Shown one piece after another: positions 1-11,345 of a stretch of 64,000 nt of DNA. How positions within the stretch are numbered: position 1 is the first letter of the stretch; each line of letters starts with the position of its first letter. The DNA comes from Rhynchobatus australiae (Eukaryota), in assembly GCA_034780895.1 (NCBI GenBank), contig JAUZTB010000107.1, forward strand, positions 70,632,158-70,696,157, given 5' to 3'. The position numbers and the translations under genes were made by a program. The notes beneath the pieces are model-generated. The model did not search any database, was not told the origin of the DNA, and saw only the letters and a program-made list of their open reading frames with translations.

Positions 1-232
1 CTTCCTGATGGTAGTAATGAGAAGCGGGCATGTCCCGGATGGTGAGGGTCCCTAATGATGGATGCCACCTTCTTGAGGCACTTGAAGATATCCTCGATGG
101 TGGGGAGGGTTGTGCCCGTGATGGAACTGACTGAGCCTACAACCTCTGCAGCTTCTTGCGATCCTGTGCATTGGAGCCTCCATGCCAGGCTGTGATGCAA
201 CTAGTCCAGATGCTCTCCACTGCACATGATAG
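1..232 (-). mobile_element. Rex1/Babar-type non-LTR retrotransposon fragment (end of ORF), cut by the window edge
   Basis: Clearly homologous to 37171-37415 (ggtgagggtcc..taatga.ggatgcc, gggagggttgtgcccgtgatgga, tgtgatgcaac). Confidence 0.8.
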
Positions 233-455
233 TACTCTGGTTCTTTCAATGACCCCAGCCTCCTGCAACTTTCCAGCTGCCAATTACTCAGTCAGCGGCC
301 ACATCCAGGCCCTTTTGCACCTCTCCCTGTAAAACCTCAGAGGAAAACTGCCCACCTGGTGTCAGTAAATCACAGTTGCCCTGATCTTAGATCATCAACG
401 TACTGGTTGTGAGTTTAATTACCATGATGGTTATCTCTAAACACATGTGTGCCTG

Positions 456-548
456 CTCCCTTTAAACCCACAGGGCCTCTGTTTCCCACACTCCCTTTAA
501 ATTCTCGGGCCTCTGGCTCCCATGCTCACTGTAACCTCCATTTCCCAT
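456..548. repeat. Degenerate tandem repeat of about 35 bp, 2-3 copies
   Basis: ctccctttaaacccacagggcctctgtttcccaca / ctccctttaaattctcgggcctctggctcccatg / ctcactgtaacctccatttcccatg. Confidence 0.6.
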
Positions 549-2011
549 GATGTCCCTAAACTCCGCTCAGGGCTGCGGCATTTTTTCTGTTCTCTATCTC
601 GCATGCGGTGATAACACTGAGGAATTCTAGGTCATCCGGGCAACAGATGGTTGCAGTGTTGACCTGCATCTGACTGTGCCTCACCCCATTCTCAGAATAG
701 TGCAATTTCCTGCAGCAGTGTTTAGCTGTTTCTATAGCTCACAGCCTATATCTTCCTGAATATGGATTATTGAATCAGTGCCAATTTGTGGCAGCTCTGT
801 GATCTTGGTTACTAACAGCATGACTGGGGCCCTAATTTTCAGAGTGTTTGATCTTGTAAGAGTTGGTTTTCTGCACCTTCTAATGTTCATACAGAGTGTT
901 ACAGGCATTTGTAGATCACCAAAAGATTTGTAGATAGGGAAAGCTGTTTAGCTGTCTGATCCCCAGTTGTTTCCCTCCTTGGGGGAAAGCAATAAACTCC
1001 CTGCTGGAGATTTGAAACTAACAATCGCTCCATTTACACAACAGCCTGCAGTTGCAGATGGTGAAATGGCTGCCGCTCCTCGAGCAGCCAACAGGACAGG
1101 CGCATGTGCCGGAGAAAGGGAGAGATCGCTGGCAAATTAGTAATTCTGCTTTTGCAATGTGAACACAATGATGCCTCGTGCTTCCCCCAGTTGTTCTCTG
1201 TCGTGAGCGGCCAAACCATTTTGAAAGGGAATGCTCCTCCTAATCTCACAAAGGTATTGCAGTCTACCACCCACTGAGGGGTGGAACTTGCATCTTTCCA
1301 CACAATGTTGATGCCTGCTCCTCAGTCAGTAAGTGCTGACTTCAGGCTCAGGTCATTTATAAAACCACCAGTTCTTGGCCTCCCAATTCGGTAAGCAGCC
1401 CACCGGTGGTCACTGGGAAGCTTGGCGATTGTCTTCTAATGACTCCTGTCATAAAAATGGTGTGACCTTCTCTCTATAGCATTTGGTTAGATACACCAGA
1501 ACCCTTGCTGAATTCCTGTCCATTCTGAACACATGTTGAAAATTGCCACCACTGGCCATTTTATTTTGGTAACTAAATTAAGGTGCCTGGAGATCAGGGT
1601 AAATTGTTACCTCTCCCTCCACCCACCCTGCATCCTCTTCCCCTTTGCCCCAACCTCTGTTTCCCTGATGGTAATTTTCCCACCAGTCAAAGACAGCAGG
1701 ATGCCTGGTAAAGTTAACATTAACCATTTAAGTTTATTTTCTATCTATTCTGTGTAAGTCAAGGGTACAGGTCAATTCCCCATGCAAATGAGAATTATGA
1801 AAAGCAACAAGTCAGCATACAAACTCCAACTAAATGCGTTGAAGATTTGCATAATATGATGGTGGTACCGGAATAATCTTGTTTTGATAAACAAGACCAT
1901 GCTCACTTACTCATTTAATAATACTAGGCCACCATTTCTGTTGTCTGATATTATTAAACTTTTTCCATTCTAAAGGGCTGGTATCTCTCAGATCTCGAAC
2001 AGATCAACATG

Positions 2012-2150
2012 TGGGTGGCACAGTGCTACAGCCAGTAGAGCTGCATTAATCCAGGTTCAATCCTGACTTCTGCCGCTGTCTGTGTGGAGCTTACCTGTTC
2101 TCCCTTTGACTCCAGATGCTCTGATTTCCTCCCATTTCCCAAAGGCATGT
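2012..2150 (+). mobile_element. V-SINE (HE1-like), decayed 5' part
   Basis: tRNA-like head (gggtggcacagtg...ggttcaatcc) followed by the V-domain ctgtctgtgtggag...gttctccc...tttcctccca. Confidence 0.7.
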
Positions 2151-2194
2151 ATGCATTTCCAAGTAAATACTCTGATCTTGACCATTATTTATTC

Positions 2195-2634
2195 ATAGTT
2201 GGAGAGATACAGTACTGAAATAGGTGCTTTCGTCTGCCAAGTCCCTGCCAACCATCAACCATCCATTTGCATTAATCTTTCACTGATCTCATTTTTTTTA
2301 TTTTCCCACATTCTCATCAACTCCCTCAAGAATCTACCGCTCACTTCACACACACAGGGGCAATCCACACGTCTTTGGAATGTGGGAGGAAGCCCACACA
2401 ATCACAGGAAAAACAAGCAAACGCCACACAGACAGAAACTCAAGATTGAACCCAGGTCTCCGAGTTGCAGGCAGTTGAGTCCTGATGCAGGGTCCTGACC
2501 CAAAATTTCAACCATTCCTTTGCCTCCACAGATACTGCTTGATCCTGCGAGTTCCTACAGCAGTTTTTGCTTCAGATTCCAGCATCCCCAGTCTCTTGTG
2601 TCTCAGTTCTACTAGTTGTGCCACTGTGACGCCC
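2195..2634 (-). mobile_element. V-SINE (HE1-like) interrupted by a Penelope-type tail at about 2477-2603
   Basis: Plus strand shows a CR1-like tail (gagagatacagtactgaaatagg), then tctttggaatgtgggaggaa...ccacacagacag...gattgaacccagg, then the head tgccactgtgacgccc. Confidence 0.75.
2477..2603 (+). mobile_element. Penelope-like element 3' end (pLTR fragment)
   Basis: agtcctgatgcagggtcctgacccaaaa...ccacagatactgcttgatcctgcgagttcctacagc...cagattccagcatc resembles the termini at 21815-22010 and 51655-51780. Flanked by CAGTT on both sides. Confidence 0.65.
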
Positions 2635-3809
2635 ATCTATTTATGGATGTGTCTTCCTATCCCTTCATTTCTACTTGTAAACTTTTAAGTTTTTATGCCA
2701 AAGTTCAGTCTAACTGTTCTGTGTATCAGTGTAGCCACTAATTAATTCTTGTATGTTTATCCACCATGTATTAATGTTATTGAATTTGTATTTGTGTATG
2801 ATTCTGCCTTATAGCCAAATATTAACCTCACTGCTAATCAATTGCTGATTAAACTCCCTCATGAAAGACCATACATGGAGTTAAGTGGTCACTTTTAACT
2901 GTGACTCAGTGGCAGATTATTACTGCACAAACTTCCCATAAATAACCCTCAGCATGGCCTTAATCAGTAAATTTCCACTTTTTTGTGCTAATGTTGTGTA
3001 ATATATTTATAGAAGATAGCAAATCCACAGGTAGGATCAAAAACAGANNNNNNNNNNNNNNNNNNNNNNNNNNNNNNNNNNNNNNNNNNNNNNNNNNNNN
3101 NNNNNNNNNNNNNNNNNNNNNNNNNNNNNNNNNNNNNNNNNNNNNNNNNNNNNNNNNNNNNNNNNNNNNNNNNNNNNNNNNNNNNNNNNNNNNNNNNNNN
3201 NNNNNNNNNNNNNNNNNNNNNNNNNNNNNNNNNNNNNNNNNNNNNNNNNNNNNNNNNNNNNNNNNNNNNNNNNNNNNNNNNNNNNNNNNNNNNNNNNNNN
3301 NNNNNNNNNNNNNNNNNNNNNNNNNNNNNNNGTGTTGGCATGCACCCTCTGCTATATTATAAGGTATGAAAGCTGCATGGAACTTAGCTGGAATGCTAGC
3401 TGAGACATGTAAATTAATCTAACTATATTGCTTTCTGAATAACAGAATATTAGCCCCAGCTGGATTCAGACTGTGAATAGAATGAAAATGCTGTTGATCT
3501 CTTATAATGCCAAGAAAAGATACAGTTAAAAAATATTTATACTTTATTTCTTGACTCATGTGCACTCAAAGTTTGACATAATTGCAAAATGTAGGCCAAG
3601 TATTAAGTGTAGCCCTTAATGTTTGCTTTGTATAAATCACAAATATCATGATTGATTCCTCTAATCCAGTGCAATTCTGGATAAAACCTGCCTAATAAAA
3701 GTCTTGATGTGTTTAGAAGAAAGTGGCCTTGGTCAAGGAGGGGAAAGGTTGTAAGTATTCCAGGGGTGAATGCTGGGATCGCTTTCACTCTTTACATTTT
3801 TGAATGATT

Positions 3810-4225
3810 TGAACTTGCTTTCAGTAAAACAACTTCAAAATTTGTCGCTGATGCAAAAGTGGGAGATTTGACAGACAGCAAGGAGGTACTATTTGAAAAA
3901 AAATAGACAGAGATAGTTTAATGGAATGGGCAACAGGTGGTGGATGTAATTTAATATAGATAAATGTGAGGTTAAAGAGGAAAAAGAATGTCACTGTGCT
4001 CAAGGGAAGGGCACAGAAGGATATGAATAGGCAGCTAACACCTCGGGATTCCAATCCAGATTATGTTCTTTGTAGAGGAATTGGCGAGTCAAAGAACTTC
4101 AAAAGGAGCTATTAATTCCTTAGTTTTTATTAGAAGACTGTATTTAGGAAAATTCTACAGTTTGTGTGCTATAGGTAAGATAGCTTGTTGAGATTCCAGT
4201 TCACTGCAATTAGAAAGATGTTCAT
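3810..4225 (+). mobile_element. Old CR1-type LINE RT fragment
   Basis: aaatttg..gctgatgcaaaagtggg (a KFADDTK-like remnant), aatggaatgggca..ggtgg..atgtaatttaat..agataaatgtgagg. Heavily decayed. Confidence 0.55.
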
Positions 4226-5334
4226 TTATATGGGGCTCTAATTTTTTTTAAATATGTGAATTATGAAACATTAATGCTCCTTGTACTTTTGTGTTCTCTG
4301 TTGCTTTGAGATTCCTCCAGATGTCCTGCCACTATTCCATGGCCGTCATTATCTATATCTGCTTGAGAAAGGTGTTCCGTTCCTATGAGGCTGAATGTGG
4401 GCCTGCAACTCCCAGAACTGAACCAAACAAAACTGGCTGACATGTGGGTAAGGGAGGGAGACCACCAATAAAATAAGCCAATAAAATTTGAAACCTTCAT
4501 ATATTCAGATAGACTGGTCTTTGCCCCCCTCAAATAACTGGCAAGGTGCCACTTTGATGATCTAAGTATGCTGGGTGGGTACCTCTGAAATGCTTGTATG
4601 GAATGGGCAGCAGTCCCAGTATTTAAAAGACCCTTTTCTCTAAAATCTGGAACAGGGCCATGTGGCAAAGAACTGCAGCGTGCTTTTACTTCAGGTAATC
4701 AGACACTCAGGCATACAGATTTTTTTTAATCAGCCTGTCTGCAGATGTGGCATTATATCCAAGGAGAGCAGGAGACTTCTCACTGGTATCCTGGCCTACA
4801 CCTGCCTCTCAGTAAGTACCCAGATTATCTGGTCATTATCACTTTGTTGCTTGTGGAATATTGCTGCACACAAATTGGATGTTGAGTTTCATTCAATTAA
4901 ATAGGGCAATGCTGTTTATTTCAGCACTACACAACAGAAAATCTATAGTTTCAGAGAAATGTGATGTATATCTATTTCCGGGTCAGTTTGCATCAGTCTA
5001 GAAATTCAGCCAAGTACTTCCTGTCAGATATTGTGCTTGTCATCTGACCTGATTCCCGTGTCAGAAATTCTTAAATTCACATTGTTACCAATGAAATGCT
5101 CCTTTTAGAGCAAAGCTGGAGAAATTAAGCCATGCTCTCCTGGGAGTGACCATTGTTGCACAGGTCTTCACAGTGTACCATTATGCTNNNNNNNNNNNNN
5201 NNNNNNNNNNNNNNNNNNNNNNNNNNNNNNNNNNNNNNNNNNNNNNNNNNNNNNNNNNNNNNNNNNNNNNNNNNNNNNNNNNNNNNNNNNNNNNNNNNNN
5301 NNNNNNNNNNNNNNNNNNNNNNNNNNNNNNNNNN

Positions 5335-5635
5335 CCCTGACCTCGGGTGCTGTCTGTGTGGAGTTTGCATGTTCACCTTGTGACTGCGTGGGTTTCTTCC
5401 AGGTGCTTAAATATCACCCACATCCCAAAGATCCATGGGTTAGTAGGTTAATTTGCCGCTGTAAATTGCCGCCAGTGCAGGTGAGTGAAAGAACCTGGGA
5501 GGGAGTTGATGAGACTGTGGTGTGAATAAAGAATGGGATTAATGTAGGATTAGTGCAAGTGGGTGGATGATGGTTGGTGCAAACTCATTAGACTAAAGTT
5601 CTTGTTTCCATGCTGTATCTCTCCATAACTATCTG
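5335..5635 (+). mobile_element. V-SINE (HE1-like) with a long CR1-type tail; head lies in the gap
   Basis: gctgtctgtgtggagtttgcatgttc...tgcgtgggtttc...cccacatcccaaaga, ending tgtttccatgctgtatctct. Confidence 0.8.
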
Positions 5636-6329
5636 TGACTCCACAGCTCTCCAATCTTCCCACACTAGAGGCTCTTTCCTCCCACCTCCCCTGAATCTTC
5701 AGCAGCCTAATTGACTGCTGATCTCAATACCTATGCCACTCTCCACCCATCTGGCCTGAACATTGATACTGTTGCAGGTACCATACCCCAACTGGACCAG
5801 AGACTGCTGGTCCTAAGTCACTGCAGCATGTTTTCAACTGCAGGAAAGTACAAAGCCCTTTCAGGAGCCACTGAAGCCTTGGTTGAAATGGTTATGGGCA
5901 TGTGCTACACCCTTTAGGGTGCACTAGAACTTCTAAGCCTGCAACTGCGTTCAGATATAAGTCATGCCTCTCGTACACTTGAGGATATCCACACTATAAT
6001 GTTGTACATTTTTATTTCTGATATTCAGTCTCTCAGATATGAAGGGTTTTTTTCAGACTCCTTGTAGTGTGTAACTGGAAACCTATTTTTTGTTCTTTAA
6101 AAGTTTCTAAACTGATCTGCTGAGAAATCCATGCATGAGGACCTTCAGCTTGGTCAATATCTTTTTGCCTTATGCAAATGATTCGAGGTGCTGATAATCA
6201 ACACCCAAAACTTAAGTTGTTCATGTGCATGCATATCAATGTTAAAGTTTTGAAAGAAAGGCTTACATTCATAACCACTAATCAAAACTTCAGATACTCT
6301 AAAACATGTATGAGCCAATGACATAATCG

Positions 6330-6520
6330 CTGAAGTGCAGTTACTGTTGTAATGAGTAGAGAAGCCAATGTATGCACAACATGATTCCTTAAACAACATG
6401 ATAATGACCAGACTCTGTGAGTGTTTGTTGAGGGATAAATTATGGCCACAACTCAAGGAAAAACTCCTCTGCTCTTTTTAAGCATGATGCCATAGGGTCT
6501 TTTATGACCATCATTTAATG
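6330..6520 (-). mobile_element. DeuSINE/SacSINE1-like fragment
   Basis: gttgagggataaat..tggcca...actcctctgctctt..gccatagggtcttttat is the reverse complement of the core seen at about 56040-56125. Confidence 0.55.
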
Positions 6521-9500
6521 AGCTAAAAGCATACAGTTTACCAGTTCACAGAACAAGTAAAATACCTATTGTTTGTTCAGCCAGGACCATTCTATTTATT
6601 AGCTGGCAAGATTAGCTGGTCCTGATTTGGAATAATCCTAGCACCAACAGTGAATCCCTTAACTCCCATCAGGTCTCAATAATGAGTCAGATTGAGTAAC
6701 CTATCATCAGTAAAGCCCTGAGGTTCAGCAGAATTGGCTGGATCTAGTATTGGTTTTAACACACTTGTCAAAGGGAGTTAATTTGCTTTTCGAACCTCCT
6801 GTCACTGGTTTATCAACATACAGCTAAAATGCACAGACAACGTGATCATTTTATTATTGGCATCTGTGTCTGAAGTCTTTGCAAGTTCCACCCTCACATT
6901 AGAGGGTAATTATAGGTTGCACTGAAGGAAATCACCCCAAACTGGCCTTCACCTGTCTCTGCATATGAGTGGGAAGGGAGGGCTTGATTAGGAGAAAAGC
7001 AGAGCTGGAGCTTGATGTTTAACTTTAATTGTTGAGGGGTGGAGTGGGTGTTGGTTGTGCATGGTCAGAAGAGAGGTAAACAAATGCACAATTTTTCTTG
7101 GATTAGATAAATTTGGACATGAGCTCTCTACATACTGAATTCAAACTGTTGTTTCTTAAATTAGGTGAGGATGATTGATCTAATCCTTTAGGTAATTGTT
7201 CCATCATTGTCAGGTCTTCCTGACCCTACGGCATATGAAATGAGGAAGTGTTCTAACAGAGTTGGATTGAATGCATGCTTGCATAAAGTATCCAGGGTCA
7301 CAAGCAGCTGCTGAGGGTAAGTGGTTATTCAGTCTTCAAAAGAATATTGTATTTAGGAATTTCAGCTTTGCAAACCATAAATTTCTTGCTATCAATTTCC
7401 CTCATTCAGATGATTACACAAAGTGTGTTCAAATGGTGTGTCAAAAAAATGTCATTATTGTTGAGCCCATCCTGAGGATATAGGACAGGATTGGCTTATT
7501 GTTTTACTGCTGGTTAAAATACATAAAGAAAATGGGATTTCCTTATTATTGCTTGTAGTTTANNNNNNNNNNNTGTAACCCAGTTGTAGGATGCTTATTT
7601 ATTTCTGTTGATAGTTTCTCCCACCCCTTCTGAAAATAAAGGCTACTGGTAAAAAGCATGAATTGGCATCAATGAGCTAATAATTTATTGATGAATATTG
7701 TAAAGGTGGATGAGCCTTTCAAATGTTGCATTGTATAGGAGCAATGTTGCAGGGGATCTCCTGCTAATATTTAAGATCTTAAAATCCTATGATGTGGCAG
7801 GGGAGTAAGTTTTTCTTCTATTCTATAAGATTGGAGCTGGAAATACAGCCACTACTCCACCATGAACCAATCCCTTTTTTTCTAGTTTGTGGGTCATTAA
7901 GTGTTTGTGGTAATATCCTGGTGAGATTATCCCAGCTGGAGGAACTTGTGATTGGTTTTGGGAGATTTGGGTTGGGCTCAGTGGACTGTTGCTGAAGAAG
8001 TGGAAGGTAATATTAAAAAGGGCACATAACTTTGAATCCCATACCTGTGAAATAAAGGGCAGTTGGAGTTACCACTAGGCCCTCTTACTCTCTTTATAAT
8101 ATTTAGGGCCATCATTGCTGTTTCCCTTCACCTGTAGTTTTTGGCTGTCAGTCTTGTGATGATTGATAAGAAAAGGGCAGATGGGAAGTAATGGATTGGC
8201 CCTCACAATCTTTCCTCCTCAGATCCCAGTGATGGGGAAGAGATGAGCAGGATCTGAGGTTGAGGATGGAAAGTGACAATAGGACTCGCAACCTGATTCC
8301 CATTTATCCGATGGCCAGCCCCTTTCTACTGCTGTCCAAATTTTAGATGAAACTCCATGCCAAGAAACTCCACTCCCTAAAACCAATACACTTCACTGCT
8401 AGAAGTCAAGTTGGGTATTACTGCATTGTACTCCTTGTTTGCCATGTTCTTTTGAAAATTGTATATTGTGAAANNNNNNNNNNNNNNNNNNNNNNNNNNN
8501 NNNNNNNNNNNNNNNNNNNNNNNNNNNNNNNNNNNNNNNNNNNNNNNNNNNNNNNNNNNNNNNNNNNNNNNNNNNNNNNNNNNNNNNNNNNNNNNNNNNN
8601 NNNNNNNNNNNNNNNNNNNNNNNNNNNNNNNNNNNNNNNNNNNNNNNNNNNNNNNNNNNNNNNNNNNNNNNNNNNNNNNNNNNNNNNNNNNNNNNNNNNN
8701 NNNNNNNNNNNNNNNNNNNNNNNNNNNNNNNNNNNNNNNNNNNNNNNNNNNNNNNNNNNNNNNNNNNNNNNNNNNNNNNNNNNNNNNNNNNNNNNNNNNN
8801 NNNNNNNNNNNNNNNNNNNNNNNNNNNNNNNNNNNNNNNNNNNNNNNNNNNNNNNNNNNNNNNNNNNNNNNNNNNNNNNNNNNNNNNNNNNNNNNNNNNN
8901 NNNNNNNNNNNNNNNNNNNNNNNNNNNNNNNNNNNNNNNNNNNNNNNNNNNNNNNNNNNNNNNNNNNNNNNNNNNNNNNNNNNNNNNNNNNNNNNNNNNN
9001 NNNNNNNNNNNNNNNNNNNNNNNNNNNNNNNNNNNNNNNNNNNNNNNNNNNNNNNNNNNNNNNNNNNNNNNNNNNNNNNNNNNNNNNNNNNNNNNNNNNN
9101 NNNNNNNNNNNNNNNNNNNNNNNNNNNNNNNNNNNNNNNNNNNNNNNNNNNNNNNNNNNNNNNNNNNNNNNNNNNNNNNNNNNNNNNNNNNNNNNNNNNN
9201 NNNNNNATATAAAGATCTCAGATCTCCCAGTATGTAAAGAGTACTCTGAGCACTTAATACATCCTGAGAGATACCTCCTGATATTCATTTCATGCAAAAA
9301 TATATCTCCAATTACACATTGCGTATCTCGGAGAAGGGTATCTTGGAGCACAGTGCATGGAGAGACCTCTTCAAGAACTCATTACAGGCAGTGACATCTC
9401 CAAGGACCCAATGCATGCAGAGAGTTCACGATCTCATGCCATGATTTGAAAATGAACAGGGAGATCCCCTATTTTCTGACCAATTATATATTTTTTAAAC

Positions 9501-9753
9501 CCTCAAGACAAAAAGCAGATAAATTGGACCATTTATTACATTTGCTGTCATGGGACAGTGCTGTGTGCAAAGTGATTGTCAACCTACTTTAGCCAATACA
9601 CTTCACAGCTAATTAATTGGCCAGAGAAGAAGATTAGGAAAGCCAAATTTTTTGTCTGTCTTTTCATGCCTATGGCCAATAAGGCAAGATTCTTTTATGC
9701 ATTACCTGATTTTCAGATGACATTGCATCATTTAGGTGTGGAAAATTGGAAAT

Positions 9754-10049
9754 GGGCAGGCATGGTGGTGCAGCAGTTAGTGTAATGCTATTACAGCACC
9801 AGTGACCTGGGTTCAATTCCAGCCACTGTCTGTAAGGAGTTTGTATGTTCTCCCCATGTCTGTGTGGGTTTCCTCCAGGTGCTCCAGTTTCCTTCCAAAT
9901 TCCAAAGGTGTACAGATTAGGAAGTTGCGGGCATGCTATGTTGGCACCAGAAGCCTGGCGACACTTGTGGGCTGCCCCCAGAACATTCCATGCAAAGATG
10001 CATTTCACTGTGTTTTGATGCGCATGTGACTAATAAAGAGATCTTATCG
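9754..10049 (+). mobile_element. V-SINE, subfamily with a ...catttcactgtg...catgtgactaataaa tail
   Basis: tRNA head with box B ggttcaattcc, V-domain tgtaaggagtttgtatgttctccccatgtctgtgtgggtttcctccaggtgctcc, and a tail ending aataaagagatcttatc. Same family as 15476-15760 and 56475-56715. Confidence 0.88.
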
Positions 10050-10357
10050 TGAATGTGCAGGAGCAGCTGTAGAAGTAGTACCTGCCTCTAAGTATTGCAT
10101 CTTGTGAACTGTGATCACAATTCTGGTTTGTCAAATACCTGGAATCTGAGGTAAAATCTAAGCTTATTTAAAGATGATTAATGTCTTGAAACTTGTGTAC
10201 AGAATGTGGTGGTGTAAATCTTGCCTTGTAGAATTGTGTGTTATTACTCATCAACAGCCTACTTCATAACTAAAATTTTCCACTCAAGCTAATATTTATC
10301 TCAATGATATAAAGTGAAGTGTGTTGTAGCCAATTCTTCCAAGGAATACCACAATTG

Positions 10358-10440
10358 ACCTGTATGATCGGTATGCAAAACAAGTTTTTTTTCACTGCAC
10401 CTCGGTACAAGTGACAATAATAAACCAATACCAATTCCTG
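10358..10440 (+). mobile_element. Isolated LINE 3' tail (Rex1/Babar-type)
   Basis: caaaacaagttttttcactgcacctcggtacaagtgacaataataaaccaataccaat; similar to 47975-48070. Confidence 0.6.
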
Positions 10441-11105
10441 TATCTTCAGACAAATATAAAAACGCCTTATGTTGGCTGACATTTAGTGCCACCCACTTCC
10501 CAAAGTGTGTTGCAAAAGTAGATCCAATACCATCACTGATGTAAAAAAAATACCTGACTAGTACTTCAAAATTGTTCAAATTACCTAACGCCATGTTTTC
10601 AACGCCATTACGTGGAAGACATGCTCAGTAGTGAGGAATGGGTCCTAACTGATCAGATCCACAAATATGCCAGCAATTATTTTTGGCTCATACTGGTGAT
10701 GATGTGTTGACGTTAGATCTTGGTCAGCAAAGAGGCAAATTCAAAGATGCACCATCTCCTCCAAGGACATTTGCTGAGCCCAGGCAATATAACACTTGCA
10801 TACTCAATTACAATAACAGGCAGCCAAGTCATTAAATTTGCTTCCATTACCCTGCAGATCATGATCCAATGCTCATCTGTAAAGATGGCCCCATCAGCCC
10901 TGTACAGAGAAATATTCTCACCATTACTTCATGTAATATCGCCCATGTTTCATCAGCTACTAAACATGGCCATTGTTTAGTTGCTCCATCGTACCTTGGC
11001 TGAAACAATCCCCTGAAGATGTTTTCCTTCAATTATTCTTCTCTCCATAAAGTTGCTTAGATTTAATTTTCATTCTCCACCATTTGGATGCTCTTTTAAA
11101 CTTAT

Positions 11106-11345
11106 ATTTTATTTACAGTATGGTAACAGGACCTTCTGGCCCAAGGAGTCCGCGCTGCCTATTTTAAACCCCAAATTAACATACCCGTACATCTTTAGAA
11201 TGTGGGAGGAAACCAGAGCACCGAGAGGAAACCCACGCAGACACGGGAGAACGTACAAACTCCTTACGGACAACGATGGGAATCGAACCCCAATCACTGG
11301 TGTTGTAATAGTGTTGCGCTAACTGCTACGCTACCGTGCCGCCCC
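11106..11345 (-). mobile_element. V-SINE, young short-tail subfamily
   Basis: CpG-rich near reverse complement of 52658-52896 (gctacgctaccgtgccgccc head; ttttaaaccccaaattaac). Confidence 0.9.

Noticed and set aside
900-1720. Moderately GC-rich stretch with ORFs at 1034-1303 and 1533-1757
   Set aside because: No recognisable domain, splice structure or CpG-island density. Probably unclassified repeat remnants.
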